Below, piece after piece: positions 19,325 to 27,487 of a stretch of DNA of 64,000 bases (the first letter of the stretch is position 1; each line of letters starts with the position of its first letter). The stretch is from a virus. Its lineage: Duplodnaviria; Heunggongvirae; Uroviricota; Caudoviricetes. The stretch lies in IMG/VR virus record IMGVR_UViG_3300020156_000001, positions 106,321-170,320 of that record. The stretch is one strand, 5' to 3'. Below the pieces are notes generated by a model. It made no database searches. It saw only the letters and a list, made by a program, of their open reading frames with translations, and was not told where the DNA came from. The translations under genes and the position numbers were made by a program.

Positions 19325-20089
19325 TCAGGCTTTGCCGCGAGGCTTGCCCGCGTGGTGCGTGTTGCGGAAGCTAACTTGGTCAAAGCCGTGCTTGGCTATC
19401 AACTCCTTATCGGACAGTTTGACCATGTTGTCTTCTTCCTTGGCCAGCTGGGAACCAATCCACATATCAATTTGCTGATATGCTTGCCAAGGGTCCACCG
19501 CACTAGCAAAGCCAAACATTTTCAATCCGTCAGTGTTGTCGTGCCATTTGATCGCACCATACCGATCGTCAAAACTTTTAAAGCCAATGCTGTGGACAAC
19601 GTTATCGCGGATCAGCTTGTCAAGATCAGCTTTGGAAACATCAGCGGGTTCAAAATACGCATCGAGCGTATCCTCGCTTACCGCGTTGCTACGAAATGCC
19701 CATAGCTCGGCTTTACGCTGGCGGATCTTTGCTTTTTGACGAACTAGCTCGGCTTGAATTGCCGTGGGGTTCCAAAACGTATGAAACGTTTGGGACCAAT
19801 GGCTGCTATCCTTGTGGTAAACTGATTCGCGTCTAACCACACCCTTGTAATGGCGACCGCAAAAGATAACATGGAGCTCGTGCAGATCAGCTTCTTTGGA
19901 ACGAAGACCATTATCGTTGGTTATGTAGGCGTCCCAGCGCAATCCCGCAGTACCGGCTTGATATCCATCGTCCTTTGCACGTGGTACAGCTTTGTTGAAA
20001 TTCGTACGGACGAATGCTCTACGGTCGTCCGTTTCGTATCCAAAACCGGTTACACCATCATAGTAGTCTTTGCCGCCAATTAGTTTCAT
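19325..20089 (-). CDS. Conserved hypothetical phage protein
   Basis: 254 aa; MKLIGGKDYYD...LSDKELIAKHGFD. Confidence 0.8.
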   Translation of the reverse strand: MKLIGGKDYYDGVTGFGYETDDRRAFVRTNFNKAVPRAKDDGYQAGTAGLRWDAYITNDNGLRSKEADLHELHVIFCGRHYKGVVRRESVYHKDSSHWSQTFHTFWNPTAIQAELVRQKAKIRQRKAELWAFRSNAVSEDTLDAYFEPADVSKADLDKLIRDNVVHSIGFKSFDDRYGAIKWHDNTDGLKMFGFASAVDPWQAYQQIDMWIGSQLAKEEDNMVKLSDKELIAKHGFDQVSFRNTHHAGKPRGKA

Positions 20090-20268
20090 TCGTCGTACTC
20101 ATCCCTTGGTGTGTTGTCGTCTTCCGTATAGACGAACAGCATGATAGGCCAGCCCATCATAAACGCGGCAAGTTCCAAACTATCCAGTTTGATATCATAC
20201 TTGCGTTGGATCCAGAGGGCAAAACATACGCCTATTAGAATCCATCCTCCGAGAATGATCAGCAACAT
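20086..20268 (-). CDS. Small membrane protein
   Basis: 60 aa, hydrophobic. Confidence 0.65.
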   Translation of the reverse strand: MLLIILGGWILIGVCFALWIQRKYDIKLDSLELAAFMMGWPIMLFVYTEDDNTPRDEYDE

Positions 20269-20513
20269 CAGCGTTTTCCATGTCTGTGGGTTTTGGGACG
20301 GGCTGGTACAAAGTTATCAACTGGCTGCTTACCAATGGCGCCGGAATTCAACTCATCCAGCGTAAACTCATAAATCGGATATGATTCAAATGAGCTTGCG
20401 CCATACTCAGCGATATAATCGGTGCGACCTTTCTTGGCCTTCTCAAGCGTGGAGAAGAGACCAAGGTCATAGCTGCCATCGTAATCGCCGATAACGCCCT
20501 TTAGCAAGAACAT
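20268..20513 (-). CDS. Hypothetical protein
   Basis: 81 aa; start abuts a terminator-like hairpin. Confidence 0.6.
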   Translation of the reverse strand: MFLLKGVIGDYDGSYDLGLFSTLEKAKKGRTDYIAEYGASSFESYPIYEFTLDELNSGAIGKQPVDNFVPARPKTHRHGKR

Positions 20514-20514
20514 G

Positions 20515-20560
20515 AAAAAAGCTCCGTTAGGGTTCCAGCTTAGCGGATCTAACGGAGCTT
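20515..20560 (-). terminator. Terminator-like hairpin containing the downstream RBS
   Basis: GCTCCGTTAG/CTAACGGAGC then TTTTTTC-ATG. Confidence 0.6.
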
Positions 20561-20571
20561 GTCAATGTAAT

Positions 20572-20647
20572 TGGCGCGCTTGGAAGGACTCGAACCTCCA
20601 ACTTCCACGTTCGAAGCGTGGCACTCTCTCCATTGAGTTACAAGCGC
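20572..20647 (-). tRNA. tRNA-Arg(UCG)
   Basis: Loop CTTCGAA, GCCA. Confidence 0.9.
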
Positions 20648-20669
20648 AAGAACTACACCCGTGTGTAGT

Positions 20670-20746
20670 TGGTGGGTAATGCAGGATTTGAACCTGCGAC
20701 CTACGGCGTGTCGAGCCGGCGCTCTACCAGACTGAGCTAATCACCC
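20670..20746 (-). tRNA. tRNA-Val(GAC), C33
   Basis: Loop TCGACAC, ACCA. Confidence 0.85.
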
Positions 20747-20786
20747 AAATATTGAGATCCATTCCAGGATCCCGTATATTAGAAGC

Positions 20787-21077
20787 ATGTTTATCTATGT
20801 TATCGGACCCGCTGAGGGACCACAAAAGATTGGTCTATCAGGCGATGTTGAGAAACGTTTGCAGACGTTGCAAACGGGCTCACCAGTGACTCTTATAATC
20901 CATCACACCGAAGAAGTAAATCCTAAAAAGGTGAGATTGTTGGAAAAGAAGATACATAATGAGCTAAACCACAAGCGAGTTAAGGGCGAATGGTTTGATT
21001 TGTCACCAGAGGATGCCAAAGCGTTTGTGGTGTTCTTCGTGATCCGATATGGCGAAGATCCACTCCTTGGGATTTAA
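20787..21077 (+). CDS. GIY-YIG (T5orf172-like) nuclease domain protein
   Basis: IYVIG...KIGLS...KRLQTLQTG...E..IH...KGEWF. Confidence 0.8.
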   Translation: MFIYVIGPAEGPQKIGLSGDVEKRLQTLQTGSPVTLIIHHTEEVNPKKVRLLEKKIHNELNHKRVKGEWFDLSPEDAKAFVVFFVIRYGEDPLLGI

Positions 21078-21340
21078 TCCTTGATCTGGTGTTGAAGTTT
21101 CCAAAGCACCATTTGCGCTTTAGTCTTGAACTCCACGTAACCAATTAGTTGGTAACCAATATTGTATTCAACAATGTTGCTGGTCTGCGTCATGTACCAG
21201 CTGTTAACGCCGCGTTCCTCAGAAAAATCCCAACCAAACACCAACTGAAGCAGTGATTGCTTGGCGTTATCGTCGAGCCCATCAAAGTATTCAAATTGGC
21301 TATTGCTTGTTGAACGAGAGAGATGGATAACAAACTCCAT
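21074..21340 (-). CDS. Hypothetical protein
   Basis: 88 aa from MEFV; ends VLWKLQHQIKD. Confidence 0.6.
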   Translation of the reverse strand: MEFVIHLSRSTSNSQFEYFDGLDDNAKQSLLQLVFGWDFSEERGVNSWYMTQTSNIVEYNIGYQLIGYVEFKTKAQMVLWKLQHQIKD

Positions 21341-21474
21341 CTCTTTGGTTTCCTCTTGAGCAATACTGTGTGCGGCGTTTTGTTGAACCTTTGCCAACTT
21401 TTGCACACACCAAAGCAAAGCATCGGTTATCTTGCGGCGATAACGGAGTGGTATCTTTCGGACTAACGCCCGGA

Positions 21475-22203
21475 TCACTGCCACAAACCCTTGGCTTGAA
21501 CGGCCTGTACGCGCGGAAAGAACGCCATCCGTGCGAACTCTTCGATTTCTGCAACCGGCGTAAAGAAGTCTCTTGGCTTGCGTTGACAAAGCTCTGTGTT
21601 CGGTACAACAAAGCCCAGCTTTTGATTCAGCTTGGGATTGTAGACAACCTTGAACAAACCATCGGGAACACGAACGCCACGACCAATTGTGCGAGGCTCA
21701 CCCGTATAAAGTGGCCCAGTGACCACATAAAGCTCACCATAGCCGGCGGCCCAATCCCTCACAACACGTTCGATTTGACTCCACACGCCACTGTTGTTGC
21801 AGCGTTGAACCTGAGGAATCATGTTGGAGAGATAAAAGCTTTCGTCGTTTTCCACCGGACTATCTTGGAAGTTGCCAGCGGGACTTAAATGTCCACGTGC
21901 GTAGCCGCTGTTGGAGTAATCCGACAATTGTGCTTCCAACGCATTTGGAAGCATTGGATCTGGGCGAAACTTGTCACCGCGATTCAAGTTGCCCTTGACT
22001 TCATGCGCTTCAATATGTTCGGCGCTCCAGTAGGCAGTTTTGAATTCAGGTCTATACAGGAGTTCGTAACCACTCCGGCAAATTGAAATGCCTGGGGTTT
22101 GCGTTACAGGAGCTCCAGTGCGTTCGGTATTCTCACATGCGCTGGCGATAACCGGAACAAGTGTGAAATATACGAACGAAGCGGCAAACAACAGGGATTT
22201 CAT
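21475..22203 (-). CDS. Exported DNA/RNA non-specific endonuclease (NucA/EndA-like)
   Basis: Signal peptide; YARGHLSPAG and SNMIPQ catalytic motifs. Confidence 0.9.
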   Translation of the reverse strand: MKSLLFAASFVYFTLVPVIASACENTERTGAPVTQTPGISICRSGYELLYRPEFKTAYWSAEHIEAHEVKGNLNRGDKFRPDPMLPNALEAQLSDYSNSGYARGHLSPAGNFQDSPVENDESFYLSNMIPQVQRCNNSGVWSQIERVVRDWAAGYGELYVVTGPLYTGEPRTIGRGVRVPDGLFKVVYNPKLNQKLGFVVPNTELCQRKPRDFFTPVAEIEEFARMAFFPRVQAVQAKGLWQ

Positions 22204-22775
22204 TAGGACCTCAATTTGGCAACAATAGCCTGCTGTTTTAGCTTGCGGATGTTGGTGCCGTCAATACCAAAATGATCAATCCACTTGGCAGTTTTGCCCA
22301 TGTGGGTAACCGTTTGAGATCCAATGCGTTCCCGCTTTTTCTCCAACTCTTCCTGCTCGGTGAGGAACATTTGCAGATTCAAATCCACCGCATATTCAAC
22401 GGCATCAAACAGGAACTGACCATCATCGGGTAGTTCGGCTTGAAAATCCTTGTACGTGCGAAATACCTCATTAAGCTGACGAATCTGCTTGAGCGGGGTA
22501 TCGGTCTTGTCTCGATTGTGATAGTAGATCGAATTGGCCATCAGCGTGTAAGCGAAGGAAAATGCGCCCCAATACGCCTTGTGGCCGTTGGAGCAAAATG
22601 TGCCATAGACATTGCGAAAGTCATAACGACCTTCGCTTCGAGCGAGTTCTGAAACAACAATGGTAATCATACCCGCAACACCCTTTGCGCCATTAGCAGC
22701 GTGGGCAGCTCGTAATTCACTCATGTAGTTCACAGAACTTCTCCAATTGGTACCGGATGTGGGGATCGAACCCAC
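22203..22775 (-). CDS. Hypothetical protein
   Basis: 190 aa, ends AIVAKLRS; start overlaps tRNA-His so true start may be internal. Confidence 0.65.
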   Translation of the reverse strand: MGSIPTSGTNWRSSVNYMSELRAAHAANGAKGVAGMITIVVSELARSEGRYDFRNVYGTFCSNGHKAYWGAFSFAYTLMANSIYYHNRDKTDTPLKQIRQLNEVFRTYKDFQAELPDDGQFLFDAVEYAVDLNLQMFLTEQEELEKKRERIGSQTVTHMGKTAKWIDHFGIDGTNIRKLKQQAIVAKLRS

Positions 22776-22822
22776 ACTTCAACGTTCACAACGTCGCTTG
22801 CAGACCACTACACTAATCCGGC
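22748..22822 (-). tRNA. tRNA-His(GUG), no G-1, A73
   Basis: Loop TTGTGAA; base -1 is T; ACCA. Confidence 0.88.
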
Positions 22823-22836
22823 ATATTGTCAAGTTT

Positions 22837-22910
22837 TGGTGCTCCCAGAAGGAATCGAACCTTCCGCTGCCCCCTACCAAAGGGCTGTTTTACCACTAGA
22901 CTATGGGAGC
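22837..22910 (-). tRNA. tRNA-Thr(GGU)
   Basis: Loop TTGGTAG, CCA. Confidence 0.88.
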
Positions 22911-22972
22911 GAATTCCAACGGGTCGCTACTCCCGTATTACCCAGCGTTGCTGGGCGTCCTGCTTTAGACGA

Positions 22973-23062
22973 TGGCTCACCGGTGGCTTGCGAAGTTCCA
23001 CATCTTTCTCCAATACGTCAAACGAGTCGGAGACTGCTCTTGCGCCCTTGAGCTACGGTGTT
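22973..23062 (-). ncRNA. tRNA mimic with expanded anticodon arm and 11-nt T loop
   Basis: TAGCTC...GAGC D arm; TCTCC/GGAGA around 17 nt; GTGG/CCAC; ends CCA. Confidence 0.55.
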
Positions 23063-23064
23063 TG

Positions 23065-23138
23065 TGGTGCCCAAGCAAGGAATCGAACCTCGATCGTCTC
23101 TTTACGAGAGAGCTGCTCTACCATTGAGCTACTCGGGC
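23065..23138 (-). tRNA. tRNA-Thr(CGU)
   Basis: Loop CTCGTAA, CCA. Confidence 0.9.
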
Positions 23139-23144
23139 AAACTG

Positions 23145-23498
23145 TTATTCTTCGATGTCGTCGTGTGTTTTCCAACCAGCAAGCGTTGCAGCGGTAAACA
23201 ACCGATCATAATACTTGGCCGCGTATTCCACACCGTCGCCGATGATTGGCGTAGGCTCACCAACAAAATGGTTGCTTACGGCGTCACCAACAAGTTCTCG
23301 TTCCCAGGTATCCAGGCCGCCGACACCATTGCTGCCCTTGTAATAGCGATTAAGCCGGTTAACAAGTTGGCGATCGGCGTCGATGATTGGACGAAGCTGT
23401 TCGGCCGTTGGAAACAACCCCATACGAGGCATTTCGTTTAAGCAGTTCTGCAAAATGTTTTTGCGAACCTTTATCGGCTTTGGCTGCTTCTTTTCCAT
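23145..23498 (-). CDS. Hypothetical protein
   Basis: 117 aa, own promoter and GGAGATCG RBS. Confidence 0.75.
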   Translation of the reverse strand: MEKKQPKPIKVRKNILQNCLNEMPRMGLFPTAEQLRPIIDADRQLVNRLNRYYKGSNGVGGLDTWERELVGDAVSNHFVGEPTPIIGDGVEYAAKYYDRLFTAATLAGWKTHDDIEE

Positions 23499-23541
23499 AA
23501 CGATCTCCTATGTAAGCAAGCTAACACAGGAGACTAGTTTG

Positions 23542-23955
23542 TCAAGCCAAATTTGCCAAACGAATCTTGAATATTGTTTTGGAATCGAACGTTAAGGGGT
23601 CTATAACAAACACCCGAAAGATCGAATACAGCGCCACACACTTATTGAAGACAATTTTATCCTCAACATAGCTGAGCAGATCCTCAAAAGTATCCGCTGC
23701 ATGACTTTGCACTTCAATCTGTTTGCCATCAATATGACCGACTGGAGCGGTCATCATAAACACGTTGCCCTTATCCACGCGCTTGATCATGTCGGAAAGC
23801 ATGATAATATGGCGTGGACGAATTATAGAGTCTTCATATTTGAAGTTGCGAACATCATCTTTGCGATCTATGTTTCGGAGATGACTCTCCAAAACCCATT
23901 CCAGATCTAGTGGCACAACTGAAGTTACACCGGCAAAACGGTCTTGTGGCAGCAT
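23542..23955 (-). CDS. Hypothetical protein
   Basis: 137-aa ORF. Confidence 0.7.
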   Translation of the reverse strand: MLPQDRFAGVTSVVPLDLEWVLESHLRNIDRKDDVRNFKYEDSIIRPRHIIMLSDMIKRVDKGNVFMMTAPVGHIDGKQIEVQSHAADTFEDLLSYVEDKIVFNKCVALYSIFRVFVIDPLTFDSKTIFKIRLANLA

Positions 23956-24007
23956 AGGATTTCCTTTTTGTTTACTCTAGTTGAGCAACTGTAGGAAATC
24001 AATATTT

Positions 24008-24082
24008 TGGTACTCCCAACGGGGTTCGAACCCGTGCTTCTACCTTGAGAGGGTAGCGACCTGACCACTAGTCTATGGGAGC
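24008..24082 (-). tRNA. tRNA-Glu(CUC)
   Basis: Loop CTCTCAA, CCA. Confidence 0.9.
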
Positions 24083-24085
24083 ATA

Positions 24086-24307
24086 TTAGAGAATGTTTAG
24101 GTCGTCATCAACCTGAACCACACGGAAGCTTTGCCGATGGTTTGGCGAAATTCCGTATTTGACTTTTGCATTTGCTGCTTCAGGGGTATCAAAAACAACC
24201 GCAGTTGCCTTTGAATATACCGGCGAAGTAGGCCACTGTGGAGACATTGCAGGTGTTTCTCCAGCGAAGAAATAACCCTTTTTATCTACCAGTGCGTGTC
24301 TTGCCAT
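24086..24307 (-). CDS. Hypothetical protein
   Basis: 73 aa, promoter and GGAGATCG RBS. Confidence 0.7.
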   Translation of the reverse strand: MARHALVDKKGYFFAGETPAMSPQWPTSPVYSKATAVVFDTPEAANAKVKYGISPNHRQSFRVVQVDDDLNIL

Positions 24308-24359
24308 TTCGATCTCCTATGTTTTCATCAAACTAACACAGGATATCTATTTGTCAAGT

Positions 24360-24437
24360 TGGTACCCGTGAGCAGACTCGAACTGCTAACATCTGGAGTT
24401 TGAAACCAGCGCCTCTACCAAATTGGACTACACGGGC
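24360..24437 (-). tRNA. tRNA-Leu(CAA), short variable loop
   Basis: CTGGT-TTCAAAC-TCCAG, variable ATGTT, ACCA. Confidence 0.82.
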
Positions 24438-24442
24438 ATAAG

Positions 24443-24516
24443 CATCCTCGGCTGGATTTGAACCAACATCGTCCACCTAAACAAAGTGGGACTTTCTCCC
24501 TTTAAGCTACGAGAAT
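24443..24516 (-). tRNA. Degenerate tRNA-Asn(GUU), no CCA
   Basis: CCACT-TTGTTTA-GGTGG; G73 then CTT. Confidence 0.6.
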
Positions 24517-24522
24517 ATTAAT

Positions 24523-24600
24523 TGGTGTCCCAGGCGAGATTCGAACTCGCAACCTCCAGAATCTCGGTCTGGCACCTCTACCAAATTGGGCTACAGGGAC
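24523..24600 (-). tRNA. tRNA-Leu(GAG), C33, short variable loop
   Basis: CCAGA-CCGAGAT-TCTGG, ACCA. Confidence 0.82.
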
Positions 24601-24621
24601 ATTTGCGCCGGAGCGCGGAAT

Positions 24622-24705
24622 TGGTGGGGGCAGTGGGACTCGAACCCACGGTGTTTGTATGCCGGCTTAAAAGGCCGGACCAGTCGCCGCTCCGGTCATA
24701 CCCCC
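24622..24705 (-). tRNA. tRNA with Lys(UUU) anticodon and 12-nt variable region
   Basis: CCGGC-CTTTTAA-GCCGG, variable CATACAAACACC, ACCA. Confidence 0.75.
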
Positions 24706-24728
24706 AATTCGATTTTAGGAAAGTTGTT

Positions 24729-24809
24729 TGGTGGACCAGACGGAGCGCGTGTCCCTCCGCAGACACGCCCCGAAGGCCACGTGCCCTACCAGCCACTTGT
24801 AGCTGGCCC
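24729..24809 (-). ncRNA. CCA-ended tRNA-shaped RNA lacking T loop and anticodon loop
   Basis: GGGCCAG/CTGGTCC-A-CCA; internal CTAC/GTAG, GCC-TTCG-GGC, GCGTGTC/GACACGC. Confidence 0.6.
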
Positions 24810-24818
24810 ATACAAACT

Positions 24819-24896
24819 TGGTGAGTGTGGTCGGGATCGAACCGACATGTCGCGAGTTAAGAGCCCGCCCTGATTCCCACTTCCAGGCACACACCC
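24819..24896 (-). tRNA. tRNA-Lys(CUU)
   Basis: Loop CTCTTAA, CCA. Confidence 0.85.
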
Positions 24897-24898
24897 AT

Positions 24899-25123
24899 TT
24901 ACGGAAAGTAAAACGTTCCGATAATTGAGATCCTGCCCTCAAATGGAGCAGGAATAGTTTTTAAGTTGTTGATATCAAAGCTCAATCCATCCGTGTAGAT
25001 GAAGTTTGAGTCATCCATCGCTTTGCGAACTTCCGTATATTGGTTCTCATCGAGTTGATAGATAGCGATATCAGTACCGCTACTTTCCTGATATACGATG
25101 TTTGCGCAAATATAGTAGAACAT
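24899..25123 (-). CDS. Hypothetical protein
   Basis: 74-aa ORF. Confidence 0.6.
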   Translation of the reverse strand: MFYYICANIVYQESSGTDIAIYQLDENQYTEVRKAMDDSNFIYTDGLSFDINNLKTIPAPFEGRISIIGTFYFP

Positions 25124-25131
25124 TCGCTACC

Positions 25132-25331
25132 CCAACTTTATACGCCAAACGATCCTATGATCGGAGCAGGATTTCGAAACCTGCATCTCTTGAGCTTCAC
25201 CGTCGCGGACACCAGTCCGCCCAGGGAATTGAACCCTGATCACCCGTTGCGTTTTACCTTTAAACTACCTCAATTGGACCCGGGGTTAATTACGTCCCTG
25301 TCCGATAAGATCGCTTGGCGTATAAAGTTGG
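25132..25331 (-). ncRNA. Structured RNA with D-arm and two T-arm hairpins inside a ~30-bp inverted repeat
   Basis: CCAACTTTATACGCCAAGCGATCTTAT pairs with ATAGGATCGTTTGGCGTATAAAGTTGG; CAGGG-TTCAATT-CCCTG; GCAGG-TTTCGAAAT-CCTGC. Confidence 0.65.
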
Positions 25332-25474
25332 ATTCAAACAGGCCGTTTCTCCACTGTTTACCCCAACCATTCCCAGTTGGGTACCTATCTAAATCCGTCC
25401 CAAATTGACCATGTTACCAGCACATTTCTATGCCTTGTAGGCTATCAACTTGTTATCGCTGTTTTAGCACCGTT

Positions 25475-25831
25475 TTAGGATGCGTCAACCTGTTCTTTGT
25501 TAGATTTGCGAACATTTTCGACAAGCTTTCTGTTGCTGTCTCTGAATGCTCGCAGACCAATCAACGAGTATTGAACCCGCCGACGTTCTTCGGGAGTTTT
25601 AACTTCCTTGAGTTCATCAAGCTTGTTACGGCGAAGAGTTTCATAATGATTGGCAATCATTGAATCAACACTTGTCGCGCGTTTGGGTTCGCGATCGGTT
25701 CGGGCTTGAACAATGTATTGATAAGTGATTGCACGGAAATGGAAAATCCATTCCCTTAGAAGTTTCTCATTGGAGTAGAGACCCAACAGCTTGAACTGTC
25801 CGAGACCCTTATTGATTTTCTTGCGAAACAT
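25475..25831 (-). CDS. Hypothetical basic protein
   Basis: 118-aa ORF. Confidence 0.65.
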   Translation of the reverse strand: MFRKKINKGLGQFKLLGLYSNEKLLREWIFHFRAITYQYIVQARTDREPKRATSVDSMIANHYETLRRNKLDELKEVKTPEERRRVQYSLIGLRAFRDSNRKLVENVRKSNKEQVDAS

Positions 25832-25888
25832 TGGCGGACTCCTCTATTGGAGTCCAGCCTAACACGTTTCCCTTATACGTCAACCAGG

Positions 25889-26962
25889 TTAACCAGCTGG
25901 CGGAGCAGTTTTGTATGGATGGTCTACTGGAAGCAAACTTGTTTGGCCCCATCGCCAAGCCAAGTAACCTTCTACTTTGTTTCGAATCACAGGTGACATC
26001 AAAGAACTGAATATAATAATCTCTGAAAGTGCGCCACTAAGAAATTCGTCAGTACCAGTGCTACCGGTTGTAGCATTGGAACAAAACAAAGCAGTGTTAG
26101 TTACCGAGCTACGATTTCCTGCTGTCAATTTAGTTGCTGGACCATTTTGCAAACCATTCAGGTAATGCTTGACTTCACCATCAAAATTGCCACGAGTATA
26201 ACCAATAATCATCGGCGTGTTAGTGTTGACAAGTGTGGTACCATTTGCACGAGTTGTATTGGTTGCGCCATAATAGGGAATACCACCGCCAATACCCCAA
26301 CCAAAATCGCTAACTGCGCCAGCGTGTTCCGCACCCCATATACCAGGAGTAGAATACCAGCTAGTTGTTGTTGATCCTTTAGTATCTGCGGTTTTCATCA
26401 CCGCCATAACTGTTTGGTCACCTGCGGCTAGAACCGTATTGATAACCATCATTTGCGATGTACCATTGGCCACAACTGCAGGATATCCTGTTGCCAAGCC
26501 ATCAACCGTATATATGGGACGCCTTGTGGTAGTGGATTGCATCGCATTAAACCCACTGATCTTGTTGATCCAAGTGCTAACTGTATTAGCAGGGGTTTGC
26601 AAAACAAAATCACCAGTGGACTGAGCAGAAAACCATCCTTTAATGGAAGGTTCATGATTTGGCATCCACATTTTGATTGCATTGGATATTGCAGCGCCAC
26701 GACGATAAGTTATTGACCTACCTTCGTTGCCAACCACCATCGTATATGACGTAGCTGAAACACCTGTTGAATTTTCATCAGCATACCAAAGACCACCAGA
26801 CGAGCCGCTGCGATAAACAGAACCAGCGTAGCCATCGCCTGAGAAAATGCTAATTGTGCCCGCTGCGGGAGTAACACCCGGATTGAGAACTTGGGCTTTG
26901 CCGCGCAAAATGTGACTAGCGCCTAGAATGCCGCGGGCAATATTGTTGCTGCCAAAACGCAT
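25889..26962 (-). CDS. Putative virion protein with LamG/concanavalin-like C-terminal domain
   Basis: 357 aa, G/T/S-rich beta protein, KVEGYLAWRWG...HPYK; TAAATA upstream. Confidence 0.7.
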   Translation of the reverse strand: MRFGSNNIARGILGASHILRGKAQVLNPGVTPAAGTISIFSGDGYAGSVYRSGSSGGLWYADENSTGVSATSYTMVVGNEGRSITYRRGAAISNAIKMWMPNHEPSIKGWFSAQSTGDFVLQTPANTVSTWINKISGFNAMQSTTTRRPIYTVDGLATGYPAVVANGTSQMMVINTVLAAGDQTVMAVMKTADTKGSTTTSWYSTPGIWGAEHAGAVSDFGWGIGGGIPYYGATNTTRANGTTLVNTNTPMIIGYTRGNFDGEVKHYLNGLQNGPATKLTAGNRSSVTNTALFCSNATTGSTGTDEFLSGALSEIIIFSSLMSPVIRNKVEGYLAWRWGQTSLLPVDHPYKTAPPAG

Positions 26963-27005
26963 ATTGATTCTCCTTGTTAGGATATTTACCTAAACAAGGA
27001 TGATT

Positions 27006-27083
27006 TGGTGGACCGGGTGGGACTCGAACCCACAACCCTCCGCTTAAGAGGCGGATGCTACTGACCAATTGAGCTACCAGTCC
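27006..27083 (-). tRNA. tRNA-Lys(CUU)
   Basis: Loop CTCTTAA, CCA. Confidence 0.92.
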
Positions 27084-27094
27084 ATGAAGTGTGT

Positions 27095-27165
27095 TGGCTA
27101 GGTCTGTCGTTTTAAGGCAACTGTCCGGTTGCACCCAAGCTGCTATCGGGAGGCGAACCTAAGCC
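27095..27165 (-). ncRNA. Small stem-closed RNA, possible Y-RNA-like
   Basis: GGCTTAGGTTCG...CAGACCTAGCCA with two internal hairpins. Confidence 0.4.
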
Positions 27166-27206
27166 GAATAGCCGAGCCGTTTGGCCTTCAACACAAAGTA
27201 TTTATT

Positions 27207-27470
27207 TTAGCAGAAACTAATGGGCTTGATGATCTGCGCACCTTCTTTGATCAGTTCGACTTTTTGGTCGTACCGGCCCTTTTCGTAAGCTGCCTTTGCG
27301 AACGCTTCCAAAGCAAATTCAAGCTTTGCGTCGAACATGTTAAGTTCAACAAATTGTCCGCGAGTAACGGGCACTTTAAGTTTGAATTGTTTTTCCTTGA
27401 CGTCCATTTCAGTGATCTTGCCACCATAAGCGGCAAGTGCTTGGAAATCTTCTACCGAGTTCTTTGCCAT
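27207..27470 (-). CDS. Hypothetical protein
   Basis: 87 aa from MAKNS. Confidence 0.65.
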   Translation of the reverse strand: MAKNSVEDFQALAAYGGKITEMDVKEKQFKLKVPVTRGQFVELNMFDAKLEFALEAFAKAAYEKGRYDQKVELIKEGAQIIKPISFC

Positions 27471-27487
27471 TAGCCGACCCATTTCCA

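Noticed and set aside
24360-24437. Reading this tRNA as a UCA opal/Sec tRNA
   Set aside because: Stem register CTGGT/TCCAG places CAA at 34-36 and the D arm matches the other Leu tRNAs.
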